This document shows, piece by piece, positions 20,386-30,497 of a stretch of DNA of 64,000 bases. The notes under the pieces are model-generated. The model did no database searches. It was not told where the DNA came from and worked only from the letters and a program-made list of their open reading frames with translations. A program made the translations under genes and the position numbers. The first letter of the stretch is position 1. Every line of letters starts with the position of its first letter. The DNA is from Promethearchaeota archaeon (GTDB lineage Archaea; Asgardarchaeota; Lokiarchaeia; Sigyniarchaeales; SOKP01), in the NCBI GenBank assembly GCA_016839555.1, contig JAEOUA010000012.1:64001-128000 (forward strand). The letters run 5' to 3'.

Positions 20386-21282
20386 TTATTGATATTTGAA
20401 ACTTATAGCTTTCATAAGCTCTTTATATCTTGAACGAAGAGTAACCTCTGTGACTCCAATTAAGCTTGCAATCTCTTTTTGGCTTACCTTTTTATTTCGA
20501 AATTTAGAAACAAGATAAATTACTCCCGCGCAATATCCTTTTGGATCTTTCCCACATATATGATTCTTTTTATAATAAAATCTGAGAATTTTAATACATT
20601 CCTTTTCAATATCAACGCAAAGTCCTAAGTCAGCACAGTAGCGGGGAATTAAACACACGGGATCGACATTATGCATTTGTAATCCAAGCTCCTTTACCAA
20701 GACCTTATAACATTTCTTCACAACCTTATCACTTATCGAACTTTCGTCTAATATTTCTTGTAAAGTAATAGGTATTTTTTCTTGCTTACATTTATAATAT
20801 GCGCATGCAGCTATCATTCCGTTAATGGAACGTCCTCGTAAGAGGTTTTTATCGAATACTTTTTTATATAATTTCACCGCCGCTTTCTTGACATGCTCGG
20901 GAAAATTTAAATTGCTACCAATTCTCTTTAATTCGGTAATTGCGATTAACATATTTCGGTTCTTCCACGATAAATGAGTGTTCCATTTTGCAGCGCGACG
21001 AAGGTCTTGGTTTCGGATTTCTGATTGATCTATTATGGTAGATAATCCAATATCTGGTACTAAGATGGTTATTGGTCCTCCTGTTCTACTTTTTCTCTCT
21101 TTTTCCCCTTTTGTATATGCTCTTATACCACTATGAGAAAGATCTAACAATCGGTCTTGAACAATTAACCCACATTCTCTACACACAATCTCTCCCCTCT
21201 CATTAATTATTATTGTAGTCCCTTTACATTCAGGACAAACATGCGTAGAGTCATAGATAATTGCTTTTTCCGTTTCAACCAT
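20386..21282 (-). CDS. tfb: Transcription initiation factor IIB paralog
   Basis: CPEC...CRECG zinc ribbon, LLRGRSI, GKDPKG and GVTEVTLRSRYKEL motifs. Confidence 0.93.
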   Translation of the reverse strand: MVETEKAIIYDSTHVCPECKGTTIIINERGEIVCRECGLIVQDRLLDLSHSGIRAYTKGEKERKSRTGGPITILVPDIGLSTIIDQSEIRNQDLRRAAKWNTHLSWKNRNMLIAITELKRIGSNLNFPEHVKKAAVKLYKKVFDKNLLRGRSINGMIAACAYYKCKQEKIPITLQEILDESSISDKVVKKCYKVLVKELGLQMHNVDPVCLIPRYCADLGLCVDIEKECIKILRFYYKKNHICGKDPKGYCAGVIYLVSKFRNKKVSQKEIASLIGVTEVTLRSRYKELMKAISFKYQ

Positions 21283-21630
21283 TTTTACCTATCCCTTAAA
21301 ATTAGTAAATTTTGTGTAAAAATTATGTTTTTATATACAAACCGATAGTATTTTTATACACAAAACGCCTTTTTTTATAATAATATATAAGATGACATAA
21401 TAATATTTAAACCCTTTGTTGTAAAAAATTGTAACAACTATCCGTACAAACTTAACATTAACTACTAAATATATATTAAAAAAAATAATATTAATATTCC
21501 GACAAAAAGCTATATTTGTAAATCTTTTCAACATATATCAAACATTTTTTGGAATTATACTAAAACTTAAATTAATCCTCTTTTATTATAGAATCGGTAT
21601 TCTTTTTTGTGGTAAAAAAATAACTAAAGT

Positions 21631-22560
21631 GTGATCAAAATTAATCGGAGAACTGAGGAAGAAATCAACGAGATAGTCAATAGATTTCAAGAAGGAGATA
21701 TAATACCTAAGATTCAAGAATTGGTCAATGCATATGAAGAAGAATCAGGGAAATACGCCATGTGGCGCGATAAGGTCACGGAAGGATTCAAAAAATGGTT
21801 AAAAGGAGAAAAAATATATACAAGGGACAAAGAGAGAATTTCTTTATATGTATCCGAAAATAGGAAAAGTAAATGGTTAGAATTTATTAAAAAGCATAAT
21901 ATAAGTACCCTCTCTAAATTAATTCGCCAAAGTGTACAATATTATATAGACAAACACTCAGAATCACACATAGATCAATCTCATCTTAATGAGAGAAAAA
22001 TTTCTAATATATCTCATTCACTTAAAGAACCCCTTACCGCGATAAAAGGATTTAGCCAATTATTGTTAGAAAATTACCAAGATCAACTAAATAATGAAGT
22101 TATGGAAAATATAGAAAATATTTTCGAGCAAAGCCGCATATTAGAGAGAAAAATCAAAAATATCATTGAAAATATTAAAGAAGAACCCTCTGAATTTGAT
22201 ATCTTACTGATTGAGGATGATCCAGCAACCATAAAATTATTGACAAGCTATTTCACGAATAAAGGGTATAAGTGCAAAGGTACAATAACTGGAGCGAGGG
22301 GATTGGAAGAATTAAGAATTAATATTCCGAAGCTAATCCTATTGGATATTATATTACCTGATTTAAGTGGATATGATCTCTGCAAAAGAATAAAAAAAGA
22401 CGATAAACTAAAAAAGATTCCTGTGTATATCCTTACTGCCATACCAGGTTCAGAAGTCGAAAATAAAATTAATGAGGTAAAAGCGGATGGCTATATTTTA
22501 AAACCCTTTGAATTTAACGACTTTAAACCATTATTTAAATATTTAGAACCATCAACCTAA
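21631..22560 (+). CDS. Response regulator with N-terminal RHH-like and HisKA-like segments
   Basis: RISLYV...LSKLIRQSV (RHH-like); ISHSLKEPLTAIKGF (H-box); REC domain LLIEDD...LLDIILPD...KPF; no HATPase domain. Confidence 0.8.
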   Translation: MIKINRRTEEEINEIVNRFQEGDIIPKIQELVNAYEEESGKYAMWRDKVTEGFKKWLKGEKIYTRDKERISLYVSENRKSKWLEFIKKHNISTLSKLIRQSVQYYIDKHSESHIDQSHLNERKISNISHSLKEPLTAIKGFSQLLLENYQDQLNNEVMENIENIFEQSRILERKIKNIIENIKEEPSEFDILLIEDDPATIKLLTSYFTNKGYKCKGTITGARGLEELRINIPKLILLDIILPDLSGYDLCKRIKKDDKLKKIPVYILTAIPGSEVENKINEVKADGYILKPFEFNDFKPLFKYLEPST

Positions 22561-22632
22561 CATAATAATTATAAAGGAATGTTTAGGTTTACGCTTTCCC
22601 TTAAATTTATTATATTTTTTAAATTAGTAGCT

Positions 22633-23604
22633 TTAAGTCTCTCTATTTATAAAATATCTAAATGTGATTACTTTCATAAGAATGGTGAGGCTTATGATTA
22701 AAATAATTGAAAAGATAGGCGATATGTAACTTTTATTGTCCAATAGCCATCCTGGAATCTCAATTTGATACAAAAGGGGAGGGTAATTCCCAATAAGGAG
22801 CATTAAAAAAAAATTTCGGATTGAGTTTGAGGGATTAAAATTTGTTTGAATTAGAAATAAATAGATATTCCCAAAGTGGTAATTTAAATCCATATAAACC
22901 AAGAAAAAATTCTTATAGATACTCAGACCATACCCTTCAGATGAATAAAGTATAATCGGTTTTATAAACGTTAATATCAGAAAAATAAATATAATAAATT
23001 CTATAACTAGAGTTCTTACTTTTTGTGGAATATTAATTATACTTGAGATCAAAACTGTGAATGATTCAAAAAACATCAAAATAATTAAAGTATAGATAAA
23101 TTGAAGTAAAAAGAAAGAAAAGATACTGTAAAATAACTGGAAAAAATAACAAATCAAGCAAAAGATAAATAAAGAGACAAAACTGAGTATCATCCCATAA
23201 GTAAATATAGCGACTATTTTCATCAATAATATAGCTTTATAAGATATTTCACTATACCCTCCTTCTAATTTCGTTTTCTCTGTTAATTCTTTTGGAATAA
23301 ATGATGATATGAGTATAGAGAGTACGCATGGAAAAATAAGGGAATAGGAAAAAAAGGAAATTATTCCTATATTTCCAAAATCAACTATAGAAATACTTTC
23401 AATAAACGGATTTTTACAATAAACCAAAAAATAAGTTGAAAAGAGTGAGAGAAGGGGTAATACCAAAATAGAAATTAAAAATGCTATAAATTGCCAAACG
23501 TTAAATAAATCTTCCCATAACAGCTTTGTAAAGAGATTATATTTAGAATATGGAGTCTTTAAAAATGAATTCTCTGTTTTATCTTCCTGCATTTTTTTAA
23601 TCAT
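22633..23604 (-). CDS. Multi-pass membrane protein, ABC-2 permease-like
   Basis: About six hydrophobic segments; the family call is tentative. Confidence 0.5.
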   Translation of the reverse strand: MIKKMQEDKTENSFLKTPYSKYNLFTKLLWEDLFNVWQFIAFLISILVLPLLSLFSTYFLVYCKNPFIESISIVDFGNIGIISFFSYSLIFPCVLSILISSFIPKELTEKTKLEGGYSEISYKAILLMKIVAIFTYGMILSFVSLFIFCLICYFFQLFYSIFSFFLLQFIYTLIILMFFESFTVLISSIINIPQKVRTLVIEFIIFIFLILTFIKPIILYSSEGYGLSIYKNFFLVYMDLNYHFGNIYLFLIQTNFNPSNSIRNFFLMLLIGNYPPLLYQIEIPGWLLDNKSYISPIFSIILIISLTILMKVITFRYFINRET

Positions 23605-23714
23605 TTCTTCTTAAGAATGAAATTTATAAATAACTAATTATTTTTTACATTCATCTTTTTAAAGAGAATGAATTATTTTTACCCCACTTAATTAAATTTA
23701 ACTTTTAGAAAAAG

Positions 23715-23808
23715 CGGGCCATGTGGGAATTTCGACTTATCTTAAGTTTTCGAACCCACGACCTGCAGGTTAAGAGCCTGTTGCGCTACCTGACTGCGCT
23801 AATGGCCC
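23715..23808 (-). tRNA. tRNA-Lys(CTT) with 20-nt BHB intron at 59/60 (23729-23748)
   Basis: Acceptor GGGCCAT/ATGGCCC; loop CT-CTT-AA; T arm GTGGG-TTCG-AAA-ACTTA-AGA-TAAGT-CGAA-ATT-CCCAC is a perfect BHB. Confidence 0.93.
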
Positions 23809-23986
23809 ATCTCTATATAAATAGAGAAGCTTCTCATCCGTATAATAATAGAGATAAATTAGATGTTATATCCATTTAAAATTAAGCATATTATAATAAT
23901 TTTATTGAAAAGGTAAAGGTATATTTAAAAAATATTCTGAAATGAGATAATTCTCATAATACCTGCCAAAAGGTTTATAACTTGAG

Positions 23987-24086
23987 CGCAGGTGGAGGGA
24001 TTTGAACCCTCGAGCGCTCTCGCGCACTGGCTTACTTTGCTTGCGCAGCTCTCAAGGCCAGCGTCTTACCACTAGGCTACACCTGC
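23987..24086 (-). tRNA. tRNA-Ser(TGA) with 18-nt intron at 37/38 (24033-24050)
   Basis: Acceptor GCAGGTG/CACCTGC, discriminator G, anticodon stem CTGGC/GCCAG, long variable arm GCGC-GAGA-GCGC. Confidence 0.88.
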
Positions 24087-24429
24087 TTGAACTATATAAT
24101 TCGTGATAATTAATATCTTTTTTCTCTCGTTTTTAATAAATCTACTTCTCTATTTTATTTTTACTGTTTTTGAAAGAAAGAGCACTTATAGGGTATAATC
24201 ATAATTATCAAAAATTAATATCGGAAAATGTGAAGGAAAAAAGCTAAAAATCCCAGTAAATGATTCCTTTACCTATACAATATTACGAACTTTAATCAGA
24301 AATCCATTTCAATTCAAATAAATCAAGTGTAATTTAAGATCTTTTTGTACACGAAAACATCAAATTCAAATTCTTAAATTCATTTAAAACAGTAACAAAT
24401 ATAATTTATTTCTATTTGGTGGTATAATT

Positions 24430-24906
24430 TTGTCAGCAGAGAACTTCCGATACCTCATTCCAGAAAAAATATTTTATGAAATTACCGATAAAGCTAAGGA
24501 GGCATATCCTTATATTGAACACTATTGGATTTTTGCCGATAGAAAAGAAAATTTTGGAATTGTAAACAAATTCATCGTGAATGAGGATTTGAAGAAAACT
24601 AAGAAACATGTAAAACCCAGAAGTTGGATGCGCTATAAGAAATCAAAGATCTATAATATGCGTAAATTTAAAGAAGAAATGGGCGTTGATATCGTGTGGC
24701 AAGCTCACACTCATCCCTCTGGACAAGAAAAGCTCCATACAATTGATAAAAGAATTTTAAAATATCTTTCCAATGGCGTGATGATTATTATTATTCCTCC
24801 AGTCGAGGAGAAAAACCAGAAGGCTCATTTAGTTGGGTGGTATTATGATAAGAGATATACTAAAAAGCCTATCATTGATAAAATGGTCTTTGAAATAATC
24901 CAATAA
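24430..24906 (+). CDS. JAB/MPN+ (JAMM) domain protein
   Basis: Upstream Glu plus AHTHPSG-x7-D; the JAMM Ser position is divergent. Confidence 0.7.
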   Translation: MSAENFRYLIPEKIFYEITDKAKEAYPYIEHYWIFADRKENFGIVNKFIVNEDLKKTKKHVKPRSWMRYKKSKIYNMRKFKEEMGVDIVWQAHTHPSGQEKLHTIDKRILKYLSNGVMIIIIPPVEEKNQKAHLVGWYYDKRYTKKPIIDKMVFEIIQ

Positions 24907-25039
24907 ATTATTTAACAAATCCAAGAACCATCGCTTAAAAGTTGCTTGTTCAGATCCAAATTATCTTCTTTTCTTTTGATCTTAATTGGTAAAATATTAA
25001 AATTTTAGAATGTTATAATTCTAGTATATATAAGCCCAA

Positions 25040-25148
25040 GCTCAAGTCGCTTAGCCTGGTAGAACGAGTAATTAATAGCCTGCCAAAAGCGCTGGTCTGC
25101 TAAACCAGTACGTTGATGCGTGCGTGGGTTCAAATCCCACCTTGAGCG
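25040..25148 (+). tRNA. tRNA-Ser(GCT) with 25-nt intron in the D arm (about 22/23; 25063-25087)
   Basis: GCTCAAG/CTTGAGC, CTGGT-CT-GCT-AA-ACCAG and long variable arm. TGGT/GCCA helix with AGA/AAA bulges; splicing restores GGTAGAGC. Confidence 0.9.
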
Positions 25149-25175
25149 CTTATATCTTGTATAAGAAATAAAAAT

Positions 25176-25284
25176 GAGCCCGTAGTCTAGCTGGTTATGA
25201 CGTCGCGTTTATCTTTGAACATATTCGTTCAAAATAGCGAATACACCGCGAAGATCGGGAGTTCGAATCTCTCCGGGCTCACCA
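25176..25284 (+). tRNA. tRNA-Val(TAC) with 32-nt anticodon-loop intron (best fit 33/34; 25210-25241), encoded CCA
   Basis: GAGCCCG/CGGGCTC-A-CCA; TCGCG/CGCGA stem; removing 32 nt gives loop TT-TAC-AC; internal hairpin TTTGAAC/GTTCAAA. The junction can slide by 1-2 nt. Confidence 0.85.
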
Positions 25285-25300
25285 CTTCTCATATTCTTAT

Positions 25301-26086
25301 TCACTCTCTAAGCTTTCTTATTCTTTCAGGGCTAAGAACACTAAATTTACAGCCCTCCAAGAGATTTCCAATCTCAGCGATGATCCCTCGCGCATTAGTC
25401 CCTTTTTTTAGGAAAACTAAGTGTTCCAAAAAACCATAACTTTTAAAAGAAATTATATCTTGGAGATGCCCCTTGTTAATAAGCGCGTTTTTCAATTGAG
25501 CTTTAGTCTCTCCACATAGAAATAATCCTTCGATATTCTCTTTAATGATTTTTTTATAAATTGATAATGAATTCTCGGCTAGTTCTCCTTCAAGATTGTT
25601 TTTCTCATTATTAAATTCTATAATTTTTATACATATGGGAAAATGATTGATAAAATCATATATATTGATAATTTTTTTTAAAGAAACCTTTCTTTCATCA
25701 GCTAATTGTGTCCTTAATTTATATAAAGGGATTAGGACATCTATAGGGGGATCAATAACACCACAATCAAAGAATAATCCAAATCCCACTCTTCCTACAT
25801 TAACCAGAGTTCCTTTTAAAATATCTCCCTTCTTAATCTCATTAAATTTAATAACCCTTCCAATTTCCGCTTCCAGAAGATTTTTCACAAATAATTCATC
25901 AGGGCCATCAATAAGAATTTCAAATCTAGAGTCAATTTCTCTCAGTTTTAGTATTTCAATAGAAGTCTGAGAAAATCCTTTTATCAACTCATTTAAATAT
26001 TTTTTATATCGTTTAAAAATATCCTTTTTTCGGCGTTCTAAGGAGATATTATAAATTTTATCATATAAAATTAGTCTTATAACCAT
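25301..26086 (-). CDS. DUF2110-like conserved archaeal protein
   Basis: OB-fold-like segment GTLVNVGRVGFGLFFDCG; C-terminal GHLQDI...LEH...KKGTNARGIIAEIG. Confidence 0.7.
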   Translation of the reverse strand: MVIRLILYDKIYNISLERRKKDIFKRYKKYLNELIKGFSQTSIEILKLREIDSRFEILIDGPDELFVKNLLEAEIGRVIKFNEIKKGDILKGTLVNVGRVGFGLFFDCGVIDPPIDVLIPLYKLRTQLADERKVSLKKIINIYDFINHFPICIKIIEFNNEKNNLEGELAENSLSIYKKIIKENIEGLFLCGETKAQLKNALINKGHLQDIISFKSYGFLEHLVFLKKGTNARGIIAEIGNLLEGCKFSVLSPERIRKLRE

Positions 26087-26240
26087 TTCTCTCGTATTAA
26101 ATAAAGTATCAAAATTTTTGAAAATTTGTAATTTCCAATAGAAAAATAGAGAAATTTGATATTTTTATCAAAATTTAAATGGATAAATCATTATTTTTTC
26201 TATAAGGAATAAGAATGTAAAGAATTTCTAAAAATATAGT

Positions 26241-26621
26241 ATGAACCACCAACAATTTCAAAGAATAATAGATGATTTGAATCAGTATAAAGGGGTTGAA
26301 ATTGTTCTTCTCTTAAATTCTGAAGGCGAAATATTATTTACATCCCAATTGGACTTAGATCCAATTGAGATTAAAATACTGTTTAAAGCATGGAAGGAGA
26401 GAGAAAGTTCTATTATTTTTAAAAATCAAAGATATGCAGTATTGAAAAATGATGATATCCAATTAGCCGCAAAAAATACTACCGGGAAAAAAGGAAATAT
26501 CGCGGGCTCCATCACCAATGAAGGAGATTATCTTATGGCTCATATATCGAATAATACTGAATTGACCTTATTAGAATGGTCCATCCACGTAAATAAGCTT
26601 GCGTGGCAAAGCTATTCTTGA
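26241..26621 (+). CDS. Profilin-like protein (Asgard type)
   Basis: 126 aa; SIIFKNQRYAVL...KNTTGKKGNI resembles the Loki profilin core as I recall it; profilin-like helix/strand pattern. Confidence 0.65.
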   Translation: MNHQQFQRIIDDLNQYKGVEIVLLLNSEGEILFTSQLDLDPIEIKILFKAWKERESSIIFKNQRYAVLKNDDIQLAAKNTTGKKGNIAGSITNEGDYLMAHISNNTELTLLEWSIHVNKLAWQSYS

Positions 26622-26703
26622 ACGAACTTCTTTCACTCATTCATTAGTACTCTTTAAATAAGGTCAAAAATAGATTTTTAAAACTATATATGTTAATTGA
26701 AAT

Positions 26704-27648
26704 ATGAAACTCGACAACTTTGATATTTTTTATATAATAGGCATTATAAGTTCTTCTGTAATCATGATTATCTTGATTACCTTTTTTTTTTATGGGATAC
26801 CTCTAATAGACTATTTTTATTTGATCTTTTTTTGGACGATTAAATTTCTCTCTGGATTTGGTTTGATTTTGACTATCACTAATGGGTTTTTTTTTTTATT
26901 CAAATTTATGAAGGAAAGAATTTCTAAAAGAACCTTAAATGTTTTTATTACCATACAACTTATTTCATGTGCAATATTAATTGGCTATGGAATCTATGGA
27001 ATTATTTCAAGCTATTATGAATCAAATATTCCATCACCAGAATTTATGGAATGGGTTGATATCATTGTTTTCTCATTCGGGTTAATATCAATTTCATTGA
27101 CTTTATATCTTATCCCTTTATTTAGAGAAGAGTTTCAAGACGTATTTGAACAAGGCAACTTCTCACGGATCACTGGAAAGGTTAAAATAGTAAGCAGAAA
27201 TGTCAAGAAAAAATATTACGCTTTTAGAAGACAATATGTAAGACTGCAGATGAAAGATCATACCACAATTAAAGATATCTTACAAATTTGGAGAAATAAA
27301 TTTGCTGTCTATCTCTTAATCCCCATGGGCATAGGATGTTTTCTCTTTACTCCAATCACTTTTGTCTTTATAGTGTTTTGGATTAAGTTTTTTATTTTTG
27401 ATGGAGAACCTCAATCCTATGAAAGGATTGCCTTGATTATAAGTATAGTTTTTATTGTCATAATCTCGATTCTGTCTTATATTTTTGATTGGGTCTTTTA
27501 TTCTGCCATTTCGGAGTTCTTTTGGACTATATACATTTTTTATTTAATTGGAATTGTGGTTGGTTCTGCGATATTTATATATCATTTCACCAAATTAAAA
27601 GGAATTACGTTGCAACATATTACAGATAAAATCAGAGATATAACATAA
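26704..27648 (+). CDS. Multi-pass membrane protein of unknown function
   Basis: About 7-8 hydrophobic segments with a central basic loop. Confidence 0.7.
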   Translation: MKLDNFDIFYIIGIISSSVIMIILITFFFYGIPLIDYFYLIFFWTIKFLSGFGLILTITNGFFFLFKFMKERISKRTLNVFITIQLISCAILIGYGIYGIISSYYESNIPSPEFMEWVDIIVFSFGLISISLTLYLIPLFREEFQDVFEQGNFSRITGKVKIVSRNVKKKYYAFRRQYVRLQMKDHTTIKDILQIWRNKFAVYLLIPMGIGCFLFTPITFVFIVFWIKFFIFDGEPQSYERIALIISIVFIVIISILSYIFDWVFYSAISEFFWTIYIFYLIGIVVGSAIFIYHFTKLKGITLQHITDKIRDIT

Positions 27649-27836
27649 GGTTATTTATTTATTCTTTGTTTTTCATATTATGCAGGTCTTTCCCCTTTTT
27701 TGCTCTTTTTATGCTTTATAGAGATCAATTCTTTTTCGATAATTTGTTAAAGGAAAATTTAATTATTGTTGAATTATTAGTATAATTAAAAATTAATACA
27801 CTTAATTAAAAGAATTAATTATAGGTGAGATAAACC

Positions 27837-28556
27837 ATTTTCAGCCAACAAGGCCGCGGCTACGATATGGCCATTACGCAGTTTTCCCCCGAAGGAAGAC
27901 TCTTTCAAGTAGAGTATGCAATTGAGGCTGTGAGGCGAGGAACTACAGCTATTTGTGCGAGAAATAAAAATTCGGTAGTATTCGCAGTTGAGAAAAAGAA
28001 AGCCCAGCTTCAAGAAACCCTCGGTTCAGAAAAGATCTTTAAAATTGATGAACATATTGGCGTCGCCATTGCAGGTTTAACTGCTGATGCCCGAGTGCTT
28101 ATAGATAAGGGCAGACTTCAAGCACAGATTCATCTTTTAAATTATGATGAAAAAATCACAGTAAAAGAGCTCACGTTAGAGATTTGCGAAATTCTTCAAG
28201 CATATACACAGAATGCGGGAGTAAGACCATTTGGAGTATCATTTTTAATTGCTGGAATTAACCCGAATGACAGTACGGGGTTATTTTTAACGGATCCATC
28301 CGGGGCTCTATGGGGCTATAAAGCGTTCGCAATTGGTTCGGGAGCTAACGAAGCAAGAACATTTTTGGAAGAAAACTATGATGAAAATATCTCCGATGAG
28401 GATTTAAAACTATTGCCCTTAAAAACACTAAAAGAGGTTATGGGCGAGGAGAACCTCTCTGAGCATACTTGTGATGTTGCATATATCTTACGAGAGGATA
28501 AGAAGTTTAAATTGCTCAATGTGGAGGAAAAAAAAGAACTTTTATCTAAAATTTAG
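27837..28556 (+). CDS. psmA: Proteasome alpha subunit, probable ATT start at 27837
   Basis: GYDMAITQFSPEGRLFQVEYA signature; the GYD lies upstream of ATG 27867; in-frame TAA at 27831; GGTGA 8 nt before ATT. Confidence 0.95.
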   Translation: MFSQQGRGYDMAITQFSPEGRLFQVEYAIEAVRRGTTAICARNKNSVVFAVEKKKAQLQETLGSEKIFKIDEHIGVAIAGLTADARVLIDKGRLQAQIHLLNYDEKITVKELTLEICEILQAYTQNAGVRPFGVSFLIAGINPNDSTGLFLTDPSGALWGYKAFAIGSGANEARTFLEENYDENISDEDLKLLPLKTLKEVMGEENLSEHTCDVAYILREDKKFKLLNVEEKKELLSKI

Positions 28557-28681
28557 TTTTTATCCTATTATTTTTTACGCTACCTTAAGGATTTTTATTC
28601 TGCACGTGAGTTTTTAAATTAATTATAATTTACTATATTTAGAAAAATAAAATAAATAACAATAGAACTTAGGGATAACCT

Positions 28682-29467
28682 TTGATAGATCGAGCAAGGA
28701 TTGATTTAGGAAACCATATTATTGGCCGTCTTGAAAAAGGTGGAAGAGTTTTTGAAATGTTAATGGATCCTGAGAGAGCATGGAATGCAAAAAAATATAT
28801 TAGAGAAGAGATTAATCGAAGATTAAAGGAAGGAAAAGAGCAATCAAGATTAACAGTAGAAGAAGTAATAGAGGATCCTAATATACCTTTAGAACTTATT
28901 TTTGAATCTTTCATAGTGTTTGAGGATTTAAGAAGAGGCAAAAAAGCCACGGACGGTGATATGGAGGCAATATTCGATACAACGGAAGGCAGAGAAATTG
29001 GAGCTCACATCCTCTTAGAAGGTAATATACAATGGACAAAAGCTCAGCGAGAAGAGGAAAAAGAGAAAAAACTCAAGCAAATTATTAATATTATTTCCAA
29101 AAACGCTATTAATCCGCAAAATAATAAACCGCATCCGCCAGAAAGAATTGAGAAAGCGATTGAAGAAGCAAATGTGAAGGTGGATCTCATGAGAAGTGCC
29201 GAAGAGCAAGTGGATGATATCGTGAAACTAATCAGAACTATTCTCCCTATTAAAATGGAACAAGTGGAAATGGCTGTTAAAATCCCCACCTCTTTCACCG
29301 CAAAGGGATACAATATCGTGGCTCAATTTGCTCAGATCAAGCAAGAGGAATGGCAATCAGACGGATCCTGGGTGGCAAAAATAAGCTTTCCCGCAGGATT
29401 ACAAATGGAATTCTTAGATAAATTACAAAAGTTAACGCACGGTAGAGTTCAAACAAAATTATTATAA
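28682..29467 (+). CDS. Ribosome maturation factor SBDS/Sdo1
   Basis: INPQNNKPHPPERIEKAIEEA, EEWQSDGSW and IPAG-like motifs; conserved position after psmA. Confidence 0.93.
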   Translation: MIDRARIDLGNHIIGRLEKGGRVFEMLMDPERAWNAKKYIREEINRRLKEGKEQSRLTVEEVIEDPNIPLELIFESFIVFEDLRRGKKATDGDMEAIFDTTEGREIGAHILLEGNIQWTKAQREEEKEKKLKQIINIISKNAINPQNNKPHPPERIEKAIEEANVKVDLMRSAEEQVDDIVKLIRTILPIKMEQVEMAVKIPTSFTAKGYNIVAQFAQIKQEEWQSDGSWVAKISFPAGLQMEFLDKLQKLTHGRVQTKLL

Positions 29468-29729
29468 TTTTGTGAAAATATCATATCATTTAGCTATTTC
29501 CAGCTTATTTTGAGAAGCTCTCACTTTTTAGCGCCAATTAGCCTTTATACTAATAATTTGTAGGACAATTACTATAAATGATAAAATCATTTCTGTTTTA
29601 TGAGTGAAATTCTAAATCGCTCATAATGAAAATTGTTAATCTTTTAAATAAATTCATTAAAATTTTATGCCATTAAAATTTATATTACTTAAAAGAATTT
29701 TAAAAAAATAGGAAGCGACCAAAAAAACA

Positions 29730-30494
29730 ATGGAAAGCAACGAAGAATCCGAAACTGATGATGAATTTGAAGATGAACAGACTTCAAGAGAGATTGTCGC
29801 CCCTGGCGAGGTTTTAAGCGAAGATATAGACACGTATAATCCTGGTCGAGGAACAATTCTCAATAAAAAGCGGGATAAGATCATATCTGTGTTAGTAGGC
29901 TTAAAACAGATAAAGAATCAATATATTAATGTAATTCCTTTAAATGGTTTTTATACCACCCATCCTGGAGATAAAGTAATTGCGATTGTTATAGATAAAA
30001 ATCCTGTGAAATATCGCTGTGATATTAATGCTAAATATCCAGGAATTTTAAAACCAAGTAATACGATTAAATTTGATAAAAAAAGAAGGCGGGGAAAATA
30101 CCATGAAAAGCCAGATACAGAAAAATATGAGATTGGAGATGTATTAGTTGCGAAAGTTATTTCAGCTGATCGCTTGAATGATCCCGAATTAACGACCGTG
30201 GGAAAATATTTGGGTAAAAAAACCGATGGGATCATAATTCAAATTGATCCTCCCAAGGTGCCGAGAGTCATAGGCAGAAATGGTTCCATGATTAAAATGT
30301 TGAAAAAAGCAACCAATTGCAACATTTTTGTTTGCCAAAATGGCCGCATATGGATAAAAGGCGATAGTATTGAAAGCGAACGACTTGCAATTGAAGCTAT
30401 TTATAAAATCGAAAGGGAAGCTCATACTCAAGGGCTTACTGATAGAATGGAAGAATTTATCAAAAATGAGAAACAAACAAGAGGTATTAAATAA
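29730..30494 (+). CDS. rrp4: Exosome RNA-binding subunit Rrp4
   Basis: IVAPGE, S1 domain, KH motif PPKVPRVIGRNGSMI and QNGRIWI. Confidence 0.95.
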   Translation: MESNEESETDDEFEDEQTSREIVAPGEVLSEDIDTYNPGRGTILNKKRDKIISVLVGLKQIKNQYINVIPLNGFYTTHPGDKVIAIVIDKNPVKYRCDINAKYPGILKPSNTIKFDKKRRRGKYHEKPDTEKYEIGDVLVAKVISADRLNDPELTTVGKYLGKKTDGIIIQIDPPKVPRVIGRNGSMIKMLKKATNCNIFVCQNGRIWIKGDSIESERLAIEAIYKIEREAHTQGLTDRMEEFIKNEKQTRGIK

Positions 30495-30497
30495 AGA

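Noticed and set aside
21331-21534. 67-aa ORF between the TFB gene and the response regulator
   Set aside because: Low-complexity AT-rich translation in a divergent promoter region; no support for coding.
25197-25439. 80-aa ORF
   Set aside because: Overlaps tRNA-Val and the antisense end of the DUF2110-like gene.
29597-29626. Hairpin TATGAGTGA/TCGCTCATA between SBDS and rrp4 as a C/D sRNA or SECIS
   Set aside because: No box C/D pair or SECIS core is recognisable, and there is no selenoprotein candidate upstream.
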